NCBI GenBank assembly: GCA_973895155.1 | Contig: OZ316891.1 | Span: 30,263,112-30,327,111 of the forward strand | Reading direction: 5' to 3' | From: Marsupella aquatica | Taxonomy: Eukaryota; Plantae; Marchantiophyta | DNA length: 64,000 nt | In this document: piece after piece, positions 23,701 to 36,505 of the stretch | How the letters are laid out: every line of letters starts with the position of its first letter | How positions within the stretch are numbered: the stretch's first letter is position 1 | Notes under the pieces: model-generated | Databases searched by the model: none | Seen by the model: the letters and a program-made list of their open reading frames with translations, nothing else | Told to the model about the DNA's origin: nothing | Program-made: the position numbers and the translations under genes

Positions 23701-26700
23701 TCAGTCAATCTTCCAATCGTGACCACTAACGAACCCCATTAAAAGGAATGGGTGAAGCGTGATAATAATAATAAATCCATCAGCTGCAGGCGAGAGCATG
23801 GATTGAATGGCGCCTCTGTGCACTCGAGTGATTTGGACGAGGCAGCTTTCATGCTTTGCTTCATTGATTGTGGATTTGTGAGTGCCCATAAAACATTCTG
23901 CAAAACTACCAGCTCCAGAATCCATACATGCCGGCCACGATGGCCACAATCATGTCCCACGAAACAATCATTACTCACTTCTAAATAGAGTAATTTATGT
24001 TACGGAAATCATCGTATCCGATTTAAATAGCCATTTTTTGACGGTGTTACTAGCTTACTCAACAGTTGTTCATTAAAGTAAACATTGAAGAGAGTCCCAT
24101 TAGGCGGCGTGTTGAGACGATGAGAACAAAAGGTTGTTAAATCATGAATGCTCTATGGATAGAATCTTGTTCAGCCCCACCTCCTTGTCGGCACGTTGCA
24201 CCGAAATGTATTCCAGATCTTTTCATCAAGAGATTGTTCTGTTTCTTCGGCGTCTCCAAAAGTAGATTTTGATAAGTATGGAGCATCCTTTTCATTTGCT
24301 ATCAGTAGCAATCATAATCAAATGAACCAAGCCCTTACTTTTATTGGATAATTTCTTTTCAACACTTACAAATTAACTTCACATCATCATGGATGGCAAA
24401 GTTTAAGACCACCAATTAAATCAGAGAAGAAACTACACTTTGTCTTCTTTCTCCCAATCAAAGTTGACAAATGGATTTAACTTGATATTTTGGATTGAGT
24501 TAAAGTGTTTGATCAACACCTAGTTATAATCAGCCTTTCCAACAAGGGTTGGAGAGGCCCTAAGGAGGCACGGAAGTCGAAGTGCTATCGGTTATCTTTC
24601 TCCATCTTTTGAAGTTTAGGTGGACGATGCACCGTCCAGATATCCTGCCCGTAGTCACATCAATCTCACAATTGCAGCTGTTAGATACGACGACAATTTT
24701 TTATTAATGGGTAGTAAGTACCGTCGGCTCGAGGAATAGACGTACGAAACAGAAGTGGAAAAAGGGGTCCTGAAGCAGAGTGAACGAAGTTTTAAAATGG
24801 GAGTCGCTGAGGAGTTAATGTGACAACTTGGTGGGATCTTAATTATGCTGATGATTAGCGCTGCCTTAGACACTTCAGCAGTAACTTGCCCCCATCATGC
24901 AACTGACGAGAGTAGCAAATGATTAGACGATGGAGTCTAATTTGGGTCATGAGCCAGGCACTACTAGAATTAATTGAGCTCATGCACACTACTTAGACAT
25001 CATCAGCATCGTCATCAACTCATCATTTTTGTTTTCTTTTTGGTCATCGAGTCATCATTATTTTGTTGTGTTTTGGAAATCAACTCATCATTGTTATGTG
25101 GACTTTTTAAACATGAACCCAAATCATCACCACCATAAGAGCTGATTGTTTTGTTATTTTGTACTTGAGAGAAAAGGACGAGAAACCAAAGCCCGAGTAA
25201 AACCCATAATCTGTCGAGGTGAGGTTATCTTTCTGTAGGAAGTGACTCTCGCATGCAATTGGCGCCTCATTCCTCGATCAAACGGCAGAAATATTATTAT
25301 AATCATATATCATCTGACCATAACTATTCCTCAGGTTTTCTGTGTCGCCTATGAACCTTCCTTGCTACCATGAATTACGGATATCAACTAAGAACAAAAA
25401 CGTTACAAAACACTAACTTCGAAACCCATAATGATTGCGTCCATAACCCATAACTCAAGAGCTATTTAGTGAACTTTGGGAATTGGGACACCCTGTTATG
25501 GTTGCTTTGGGCCTTAATTGGAGGCTGTCAAATGCTCCCATCGAGAGATGAAATGAAACAATAGAATCAAGCTTAGGAATGTGTGAAAATATGCTACAAA
25601 ACCTATAATTTGTGATCCTGGTGTGTGCAACTGCTCAAGTAATCTGATATCTAAGAGTAAGACTAGATAATGGAATCTGGGGGTGTCGCTCTGTCCCCAT
25701 TGCTGGCTGTAGAGCTAATTAGTCAAGGGAATATTCTAAAGGGAACTAGGAGCCCCACATGGCACCTCCAAATTGTTGTCAATGTGAGAAGCTACTGGTG
25801 TCACATTATTCAAATAATGAAATGGGCCAGTTCCAATTTTGTTTGATCTGGAGGTGCACTTGGGCATTGATCTTAGCGAAATGGTAGCATGTTTGGGGGG
25901 GAGGGGGTTGGTCTTCATCTAAAGAATGAGATTGATGAGGTTTCAAAAGCGAGTAGCATGTAACATCCCACACGATACAGGGTCATCTGTCTGAAACGTC
26001 CTTGACTATAAGGGCTTAAGAATGGCAAATATGAGCTGGGTGGAGCTTGAAGAACAGAAGGAGTTGCATAGAGGAGACCAATTTTTATTTTGTTTTGACC
26101 AAAATAAACATTCTTAGGTTTCCTCAATTGATGACAACTTTTTGTCCCATGCGGAGGTGACATATGAGTTGTAGTGTTAACATATTGCCAAATATTGTTT
26201 GGATCAATGGCTACACATGCATATTACAAAGTGTTTTAATTTGAATTCACGCATTGATCAAAGACCCTAGAAAGAACAGTTCCAACGAAAGCTTATCCCA
26301 AGCATGCTTGCAAGATCCAGGAAGCGAAGCTCTAACCCTTTAAGGTCACTTTTTTTGGCATGAAAGAAACTCCCATGTTATCAAGAATCATTACACATAC
26401 ATAGCATCCTACCTGCTTGAAGCATCATACTTGCTCAAACAAAACATTACTAAAGAGGATTTTTCCATCTATCCAAATTTATGGAGTTGTGATTTTCAGT
26501 GTTTCCAAATATATCATCATCGAAGCAAACTAAACCTTCTATGGGTGGTATAATTTGAATGAATTCTTCCTTAATGTTGAGCCCTTCCGAAAACAAGCAT
26601 CTCCTTCGAGGCTAGAGGAGTGCAAAAACAAAACAACTGTAAAATACAGGGGATCCACCCTAACAAACATAAAGGAATAAATAAAGTTGCAAGAAAAGTG

Positions 26701-27090
26701 AATGAAACAAAATCTGAAAGGTGGTTCTCTTGCTATATTTCTCATCTCTAAGATGAAAGACTACTCATCCTAGAAATTGTTTGGTTGTTTGTCATGTGGT
26801 GACTTTAGAGTAAATATAAGTATTAAAAAATATTCTCAACTAAAGGGGTTTTGGATGGCAGTTCAAAAAAATGGAGCTCCTAACTTCTCTACGACTATCA
26901 AATTTGTAGACAAAATCATCAATAGGCATCTTAAAAATCTACTCAAGGTGATACTTGTCATGTATGTATTTCTCTCACTGATTGGGGCCATCGCCTGGAC
27001 TCCACTACTGAGCCCATTATTTACACCGTAGACTTGTTCGTCCCATGAGATAATCCTCAACTTGCTGTTCTTTGGCATTACTAAAACATC

Positions 27091-27593
27091 GAGGGATATG
27101 CTTAGTAGACCCATTTCTAGAAAAAGCTTGCTTAATCAACCCCTTCCATACTTTTCCCCATAAAAGTTAAGTCAATAAATTTTTTTTTAAGGAATTTTTT
27201 ACCCCTAACTTCATGGAATATTCCTATATTTGATAAAAAACCCTATGATTCTTATAATTTTCAAAATTGGATTAAAATAACCCTAATGTTTTTCAACAAA
27301 AATTTAAAAGTATTTCACTAAATCCAATAAAAAACCTTATACTTATTTGCGCGTGATGGGTCGGAAGAAAAGAAGTGAGGACCCCGGGATATCCCCATAA
27401 CTTCTAGTTAAGCATCCATAAGTAAAGTGCCTTAGCCCATTGTGATTGGGCTCTGGACTAGTGCTCATGCCTGGGCCCTCAGAACCTGTTGTCAGTCGGG
27501 GTCTCGGATGGCTACACCTGCTTCATGCCGTATTTCTCAGGGGGTCAATCAAGTAACAAGTTTCATTTTGGGGGGTCCATCAAGCACATCCTC
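27091..27593. mobile_element. Non-autonomous MULE (503 bp) with 10-bp TSD and an extra internal segment
   Basis: Exact TSD CTAAAACATC at 27081-27090 and 27594-27603. TIRs are GAGGGATATGCTTAGTAGACCC.. and ..GGGTCCATCAAGCACATCCTC. The interior at about 27394-27536 is an inverted copy of about 51026-51178. Confidence 0.92.
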
Positions 27594-28459
27594 CTAAAAC
27601 ATCTACAGGAGGGATGAAGAGAAACAAGACCCAAAGTAACTTGAAACGATACAAATTTGTTCTGAAAGAGGATGAGTGTCTTTTCAGATGCCACTCAAAA
27701 TATTAGAATCTGTGTATTTGCTGTGATTTTTGTAGAATTCTGTATGATGAGGGTTATATCCATGGATTCTCTCAAGAAGCAGAGGGAAGCTTGAAAATAG
27801 TCTTGAAGTATCATTTTTCTGGAATAGGTGTAATAAAGAAGATGTAAACAATATCTAAAGGGTTTTGGATTTATTCATCAAAAGTTGTTTATAAGAAAAA
27901 AGGGAAGGAGCACTAGATAACTATGAGTTCAGGAGTAAGAGTGATCAGAGCAATTTCTAGACAGTAGATTTCCCTTGTTCATTCTTTTTTAGGGATGGAC
28001 TTGTCCTTAAATTGCAAATGAGGATGTATGAATGCATTGCTACATTGAGGGAAGTTTTGAGTAGATAGGGATCGTCAAGGAAGGGAAATTCAGCAAGCCG
28101 GGCCAAGGAGGAGCAATATGGTATGAACTAAGAACAAAGTTTGTTCATAACTTTGACCTTCTAAAATGTATTAGGTTACTATGCACAACATTGACAAATT
28201 TGAAGGAGACAAACTCAACTGGCTTTCTAATTCCTAGCATCATTCTACTGGGATGCTATTGACTCTGGTTGAAGGTTAACTATCTAAGTAACATCTAAAG
28301 TTTAAACCTTTGATGGTGCTTATACCCATACTAGTGTATCTTGTCTGCAAGTGCGCCTTAAAGCCAAAGAGAAAAGACACCTTGGAACTGCCAATAATAA
28401 AGTGCTAAAGGGTAAAACCCCATGGCATGCATGTATTTCTCTTGTCTGCCCAATCACAA

Positions 28460-28650
28460 TGATACAAGTAGGTATCCCCCACCATTCAACACATAGGACA
28501 CAAGTACACTAACACAAAGATAAGTGTTTCACTAATATAAATGGTTCACTAAGATAAGAGCTACATCCATGACCACACCAAGAACCCCACTATGAATACA
28601 AAATGTACATATCACCATAGTTCTATAGTCTAAGTTCTCTCTCACACAAA
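28460..28650 (-). mobile_element. Degenerate copia-type LTR remnant
   Basis: The minus strand has ATGGATGTAGCTCT..GTGAACCA..TATCTTTGTGT..CTTGTGT..GTTGAATGGT, resembling the 3' half of the solo LTR at 50451-50795. Ends and TSD were not resolved. Confidence 0.5.
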
Positions 28651-30368
28651 TAATGGACTCTTAGTCAATAACGGCCGACCGAGTGAGTGAAAACAGTGAA
28701 CGGATAATCTCATGCTAAGCACTTGCTGAGAATTTGGGCAATAGGCAGTTCTGGTGCCCCCAAAAAGAGTTGTTTATTTATTTTCTAAGGTCTGATAATT
28801 TTTTGAGATTTTTTTCAAGTCTTGCCATAGAACTCTAATTCTGCAATTCAGGATCCAACAGTGAGAAAACTACTATTGAAAAGATCAACTGATCTTTTAT
28901 TCCAATCTAAATATCAAAAAGAAAATTGTCAGAAAAATGATGGCCTCTGCCTTCACTCTAAGTCTCTGTGTTGTAATAGGTCATACAAGGTAGATGTGGA
29001 TTGGGAATTCTACTCTAGACTAGGGGGGGATTGTCACGCATTGTTGAAGAAGGATGGTAGACTTCTATGGCAAAATATTAAAAAAAAAGAAAGACGATTG
29101 ATATTCCTAAATAGGTAGAGAGATAAATATAATATAGATTAGGGGAAAGGCGAAATTGACAGAAGTTGTTGACCCCCAAACAATGGAGTACAGTACTCCG
29201 GCTAAAATAGCGCTCACTATGCACTAGCCAAAGATTGGCAATATACCGTTGACTCCAAAGCACAGTAGAGATGCCCGCTAAAACAGCCCTGGCGACACTT
29301 TAGCCGGATCTCCTTTCCTGGAGCATGTCTTCCGCTGCCCCATTACATCATCACTTGTCCACTGCGACTTTGGGACTATCCCTAAACTCTACAGTATCCC
29401 AAACATGACCACCAAACCGACCGTATCTCAGCTCCAGACAAGTCTCGTCTTGTTTCCGTATCTCTACGCGCGAATCTACTGTACAGACTACAGACGAATA
29501 TGGTTTTCCTGGGTAGGGTTAACTTATCACGACGTTTTGTCCGTTTGCGCGTTCGTCTGACTGCACCGTTCGTCGAACAAAGGGGTGGTGAAAGTACGCG
29601 CATTTTTGCCCGCAGGTAACTCGCAGTAAAGTGTTGGCGTTCGGCAGGGTCCCAGCCTCGGATCCGAACCCACACATCCGGCCCACTAAGAAGCAAGCCG
29701 AACCGAGCCAGTGCCCCGGCGAGGCGACCGTCTCCGCCGGTCGCGTGGGATTCGATCCCGGTGAAATCGCTTTGACCGGAGTTATGATGATTATTATTAC
29801 TCTGGCGTATTATGCAACAGACTGGTCTACTGTCACCCTCCACTCATGGCGGTACAGGTGCGTCCCGCCTCCAGCCCAGACTCTACGGGTACCCCTGATA
29901 GTCTGATAGACTACTGATACCCTTTAGCCCCGGCTCGCCCCCCGCGCCCTCCGGCTCCAGTCCCGTGACTGGAGAGGCCCGGCCCCCTTTTCAACGGGGG
30001 CCGGGGCCAGCCTTCGCTCCGACTCCCTTATTAGATTCGCGCCACTGCAACAGCGCTTTTCATTGTCTGTCTTCCCTGAGTGTCGATGTGCGCGCACGGC
30101 TTCCTTGCTCCAGCACTCGAGCTCCTTCGATACGTCCACTCTCGCCGACTAAGCTTACTCGTGACTTTCTCGCCCATGCTTTCGTTCGTTCGGTACTCTC
30201 GCCATTACAGAAGCTCAGTTCCATTTCCAGTCCACCAGCGGGGTAGAAGAGAGGAGGACTCACTCTCACTCATCACAAGTTTTTTGAGTCGGACACTGTA
30301 TCATCAACGAGAACGAAGGACGATTGACGATTGACGAAGCGTCGAGCACAGGTGTGGCAGCAGCAATC

Positions 30369-30370
<2 letters not shown>

Positions 30371-30413
<43 letters not shown>
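30371..30413. repeat. (CT)n microsatellite in the presumed 5' leader of the HD-Zip gene
   Basis: About 21 CT units, read directly. Confidence 0.95.
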
Positions 30414-30416
<3 letters not shown>

Positions 30417-30846
30417 TGGTCTGCGAGAGCGTCGACTATTTGGGCCATTGACTGAATGGGAGGACGAGTGCATTGACGGAAGTTATGATCGAGATCGAGT
30501 TGGGATATTGAAGAGTTTTTCGGGCGAGTTACGAGGAGTTTGGATTCTATCATCTGGGGCGGAAAATACACTGAGGCTGATTGAGGGAGGCTGGAGGAGT
30601 GGTACATATACGTCTGCTTTATAGGTGATGCATCTTATATATTTGCGGAGGACAGTTGGGAGGAAAGCGGAGCATCGATTGGGACTCGAGCGAACGATAG
30701 AAGAACTATCATATTAGTGGATCGGACGGGGAGGAAGATAATTGGAACTCGAACGCTATCTTCGAGATCCTGACGATATTTTTCGACAGCATTCAATTGA
30801 AGAAGACTCGGAGCCCGTGGTGCCCGAGTGTGAGCGCAACATACCG

Positions 30847-32336
30847 ATGATGCTCGTAGCGGAAGGAAAGGATAGATTACGAGAAGAGGTGCAACGCTTA
30901 AGGGCCATGCAGGGCTCCGGGGCGAGCTTAGGGCTGAGCGTGGACTTGAGCATGATGCTAGCGAGAGGCCAGGACGAGTGCGCAACTGTTGGAAGGCAAT
31001 GTCCAGTGCAACTGGACCTCCTTCCCATGCGGCCTGCCTCCTCCCAGGCTTCACTTGCAGCAGCACCATCACATCTTCCTGTCTCTTCGCACAATCCTTT
31101 CTCGTGGCAACCTCTCTACAACAGATCACGTTCCAACTCGGCCAGTGGTGCGCATTTGAACCCTCTTGCGTTTGTTTGCCTTGTCATAACACGCGTCCTT
31201 CGGTGCCTAGAGTAATACTTTGAAGAACCCATGAGTTAAATACTTGTGATGACTTGCTTCGCGCACGAACAGCGTTTGGGAAAGGCCCTGTCCTCTAGAG
31301 TGAGTTGTCTTCTGACCGGATGTTCGTCTCATGTCTGCAGGTAACGATGAGATTGAAGTTGCCGAAACCTACTCTTCAGGACATGCAGGTTCACCCAGAG
31401 GTATCGACATGAACCAGATGCCATCGAGAGAGGACTGTGACGACGTCGTGGTGTCGTCATCCTCTCCTAGCAGTGTCGGCTTGAAAAGAGAAAGGGAAAA
31501 AACGCATGATTTCGATCTCGAGCGAGAGCGAGCCTGTGACATGAGCTCAAGAGGCAGTGATGAGGAGGAAGGAGGCGCAACGAGGAAGAAACTGCGCCTC
31601 TCCAAAGAGCAGTCAGCTTTGTTGGAGGAAAGCTTTAAGGAGCACAGCACTCTCAACCCGGTAAGTGTACTAGTACTGCTCAGCTACGGCTACTAACGGT
31701 TTTGCTGCTTGAAATCTTGCGATCGATTTTTGTTACGCATCAGTTGGTCATGGCTTGGCTCCGGACAATTGTGGGTACAGGACTTGGGACTGACGTTCTC
31801 GTGTTTCTTGATTGAATCTGCAGAAGCAAAAGAATGCCCTTGCCAAGCAACTAAACTTGAGACCCCGGCAAGTCGAAGTATGGTTCCAGAACAGAAGAGC
31901 AAGGTATGAACTTGCACTGAGCTCCAAGCTGGCAGTGTCTACACTTTCATGGCTCACGACAGAGCTTTTACTTCTCTTTCATGCTGAGTGCGCTGTTGTG
32001 CAACGTGCCGTGCCCGTGTCTAACTCTCGATATTTCTACAGGACCAAGTTGAAACAAACGGAAGTTGACTGCGAGTTTCTCAAGCGGTGTTGTGAGAGTC
32101 TCACCGAGGAGAACCGGAAGTTGCAGAAAGAGCTTCAGGAGCTTAGAGCGCTAAAAGTGGCCCCTCCGTGCGTCATCGCCCACGACTTCTACATGCCATT
32201 GCCCGCCGCTACACTGACAATGTGTCCTTCATGTGAAAGAGTAACGACGATGGACAATAAGCAAACCCTCACGTTTGCCAAGCCCAGCTACTCGCACACT
32301 CACTCACACTTCTCGCAATCGTCAGCCGCTTGCTAG
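30847..32336 (+). CDS. Class II homeodomain-leucine zipper transcription factor (HAT/ATHB2 family, C2HDZ), ~331 aa
   Basis: Exons 30847-31147, 31341-31660, 31824-31903 and 32042-32336 (996 nt, GT-AG introns). Motifs: EAR-like LGLSV, QLDLLP, homeodomain [52 protein letters not shown], leucine zipper, and the class [13 protein letters not shown] motif. The start codon and the exon 1 donor (GTGCGC) are less certain. Confidence 0.97.
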
Positions 32337-35300
32337 GTTTTACCGCTTAGATTGTATACATTTACAGGAATCCAGGCCTCACACACACAGGCCGTTTGTA
32401 TTATTGTAACACATTCGAAAAGTTTCAACAGTTGTGTATTTTCATGGTAGCACTTAGGACACTTCCTCTTGGGAAGCTTGTAATTGACATCAATGTAGAC
32501 ACGCTCTTTAAATGTCCACGCGCACGCAGTGCATATGATCTAGATTTTTTAAGGATCTTTAGCAGCTGCTGCGATCTCATCAACATAGAGTCTGAGACAG
32601 ACCATTGTATACTGGACTTCAGGCAGACATTTACGTAGGTGTGGAAGGAACGAGACGATAGCATTCACTTGCCGGATCTCAATTGTCCTGTCCTCTAGAA
32701 ATTCGCGAGATGAGCCTAGCTCTCTTCACTGTTGGAAGCCGGAGTCCAGGCTCTTCGTATGGCCTTGTTGAAATAAATGATATGTTCCACACAAACTAGT
32801 CGTACTGTTTTCCAATGGCTGTCGTGTTTCCGCGCGTTTCACTTGATTGGGACAAGCGAGTCTCCGTTTGTGTTGCCCAGATGCGGACTTGGATGGCAAC
32901 GCGGTGCAACTTTTCATTGGCTTTGATTACTTTTCTGGAGCATGCACGTACGTTCCTGTACCCAACTCGTTCATGTTCCCACCCTCAATTCGTATGAGCG
33001 CACATGAAAGTGGGCGGACAGATCTACGACTTTCAGACGACCTGCTCGTTTGTTTTTCAACGGTCCACAGGAAGAATGGCTGTGTCAATCACTTCCAACC
33101 TGAATGATTGGGTTTCATTTCTCACGACGTTCACTCACTCACCAAATCGTCGCGCTGCGGCTGCGTGAACAATGTTGAGATCAATGTACAGTGTTTGGCT
33201 TTTATCAGCTTTATGAGTTAGTTTCGGATGATGATACATGTTCCCCCGGCTCGCGCCATGAATTATCCACTTCTCTGCAGGCTGTTGGTACGATAAGTGA
33301 ATAGCGAGAGAGATACGGAGCATGTCGCACTGCCAAATGAATAGCGGCGTCCTCCGTGGCCTGCTGGGCAGATCGATCGGGAGGTGCATGTCGTGCAATA
33401 TTCGGTTCATTCCATAGTTACGCCGAGGTCCTCATGAGTCATGAAGAAGATGGAGCAAATCAGGTGACGGAAATAGATTTATTCTCTCCCACGCAACTGC
33501 TGCTAGCTCCTTCGTTTCTCCGTCCGCCAGGCAGATCAAGAGAACTCCATGTATCTCACTCGTGTTTTGTCCGCCTTGACAGCCCAGCGGATACTGGCCG
33601 GGCTATACATTGTTGCATCCATGCAGGCAGGATAGTCACACCTACGCGAGAGATCATTTGTTCGGAGTAGAATTATTTGTTGAATCAATCCTGTAACGCT
33701 CTCCTCTAAGGTTCCACATGCGAAGGACCGTGAAGTAGTATTAATTAGTTAACTGCAAGTATTGTGCGGCAGTACTTGTGTGTAAGTTTTATATAGGAAA
33801 AGCCCCTTTGTCAGGTTCGATTCCGTCTTTTCTTTCGATTCCGTCAACTTTGGAAGCAGAGGCAGGTATGGGCTCCGCTGCTGCATGCGCTCTCTTATTA
33901 TCCTTGGACGAGCTGTCCAGGGAGGATTCGAGGATTGATGGCGAGTCAGATAATTGTCTACTGCCTTTCTTCACATGAAACTCTTGGAGTTTGACTACCT
34001 GGGAAATGTCGTCACTTGACAGCTGCTCAGAAACTTCCATGTCTTCGTGAAGGAGCCATGCCGTGTGTAAGTACGAGAGTAGTTTGGGATGGATGAGACG
34101 CACGCCATGCCTGTTCTGGTGTACTGTCCTTCGTCTACATGGATTGTCCTATTCAATTCACTTCTGCAACCCCGAAGACTTGAGTTTACTCGTGTCAACT
34201 CACGAAAGCCATATCGAAGCAGCTTGTCTAGCAAGTTCCTTGGGGCGGAGGAGTTGTCCTGTTTACGATTTATACGAAAAAGGGTTACGAACCCAACCCA
34301 CCAAAATATTAAGAAATCTGTAGTACCGTACGTAGTCTCCGATGGCCCGGACACGAGAGTAGAGTTGGTAAGATCTCTAGAGTCGGGTCGGGCGGGGAAT
34401 CATGGAAGGATCACAGCTGCAGCAGCACACGGAAGTGGTACCATCGAAATCGCGTCGAGGAATTAGTCCTGAAGCTACATTTCCCTATATCCGGCATGAT
34501 GGTCGTGTCTCGACTTACTAGCTTCCCCTACACTGTTGCTATGGTACGCGACCGTGACTAGTGCCATGGTGTCGACGTTGGGAGGGACCAACCCAATCTT
34601 CTCACTGTCTGTCCAACCTGCAAGCATTGTCTAAGAGACCTACAGACAGCAGCATACAACACTGGCTGTCGTCGATTTCAATGCAAAACCTGCTGCAAGC
34701 TCGTGGGACGTGGGTGAATGATCACTCCTACGGCAGAAGCAGTCAGGCCAGAGACTGTAGTATAACTTCCTGTAGCTAGCATGTACCTACAGGAGTACCG
34801 CATGAAGCAGCACTTGAATCAATGGCTACTGCAGCCCATTATTACTGTGTGTCTCGTCTCCGAGACAGAAGAGAACACACCGGTCGCGAGACCCCGACAG
34901 GCGGTCGACAGTGGCCTCTGTCTGAACTTTCAGTCAACAGTTTTGAATCCTTCTGCCGTTCAACTTGTGTGGAGGGATGCTACTCACAAATTGTCAAGAA
35001 TTCATTGGCTGAAGGTCTCAGTTGCCTTCTAATGTGCTAATTAAGCAATGATGGTCAATTTCCATCAATCGTTCGCAGAGCGGGTGGATTCCGGACTCTG
35101 CATGTTTTGTAAATGCTACTCAATTACCTGTGATAGGAAAAGCATACTTGCTCCCTTCCGTGCATCGCTAATATCGGATGTGACAGGAGCTCGTCTGTGT
35201 TTTCATGCATCCCCCATCTAGCCACAGTAGTTCGATCACTCTCTCCATCGACAGCTATGGGCTTGGACTCACAGCTGGCTCGACGACCGTTAAGCAAATT

Positions 35301-36477
35301 GCCATGTAAGCGAGAATGATGGTGGGCACAAGGTGCACTGAAACGTAAGTCTTGTCATTTGTCTTCTGCTGGCCTAGCTGCGCCTTCGCACGAGACAGCG
35401 ATGTACCGTGAACGAAATCCCAGCCTGCGGGCCATCCCTACGGACCGCTTAACTTCTGGCACAATAGTCTTGTCCATGGTGATGGTGCCAACGAACAATC
35501 ATATGTATGAACCTTGTGTTTTGTTTCTAATTAGCTCGAGGGTCAAAACCTTGGTACGAGCGAACAAACAGATTGGCTGCTCTTGTGACATGCCTTCGCC
35601 TGACTTGCAGATTGGCTGCACTTGTGAAACTTTTGGGCAGTAAGTTGACTGATCGACGATGTTTCATATTTAGGATAGGGGAGCGGGCGCTGATGTCCAG
35701 TTGCCCGATTCCCAAACTTCTGGGAAGAATAATTGGGCGTGTACTAGGCCTGAGAATGAGTTTTAAGATCTCTCATTAAATCTACGTACAGTAGCTTATT
35801 CTTCCCCTCGCACTTCTCCCTGATGGGGTACATAGTCTATCTGCTGCTCCTGGATTTTCCTCTGTGGAGCCCAGGGGGCGAATCTAAAAGACGAATAAAC
35901 GTCCTGGCTGGATGATTATTATTCAGCACCTGACCTTGCTTGACCTGACTTTGCCTGGACTTTGGGGTTGTTTTGGTTCAATCCATGTCTACCCTCCCAA
36001 CCGAAGTCTTTCAAAACGAAAGCGATAGTCTGTTGTAAGCTGGTTACTTTAATTAGAGTTGTAGATCCTGGAAAGGAAGTTAATGGATAATTATATGAAG
36101 GCAACTCCCAGTCTGGACTACTCTCGATCATGATCTGAGTTCGTGCTTCCCAAAATGCTAACGGGAACTCTAATGATCACCACTGTTCTCTCCCTTCTTT
36201 TGAGGGATACGCAATGGGGCGACCAAAAAACAATTTTTGGAGATGTAAGCATTCGTCAGACTCTCGTCAATTCTGGACCGATCCCGAGTCCGAAATTCAA
36301 CGTGTTTGGACCACCCAGGGTATTGTTCGTGAATTTTATAAGCACAAGGTGTGGGGGGACCCATGGAGCCATGGAGGGCTCAATCGAACACTCCACCTGA
36401 AAAAACTCTCTTGAGTGAAAAAGCTTCCAGGTGTAGCTTCGCAGGGTAAACCCCTGAACTAGTCCGAGCTACCGCCA

Positions 36478-36505
36478 CCCATCCACCCATCCATCCATCC
36501 ATCCA
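36478..36505. repeat. (CCAT)n microsatellite
   Basis: Read directly. Confidence 0.85.

Noticed and set aside
29382-31129. Minus-strand ORFs (153, 113 and 164 aa) near the HD-Zip 5' end
   Set aside because: No domains; explained by GC-richness, the (CT)n repeat and antisense overlap with exon 1.
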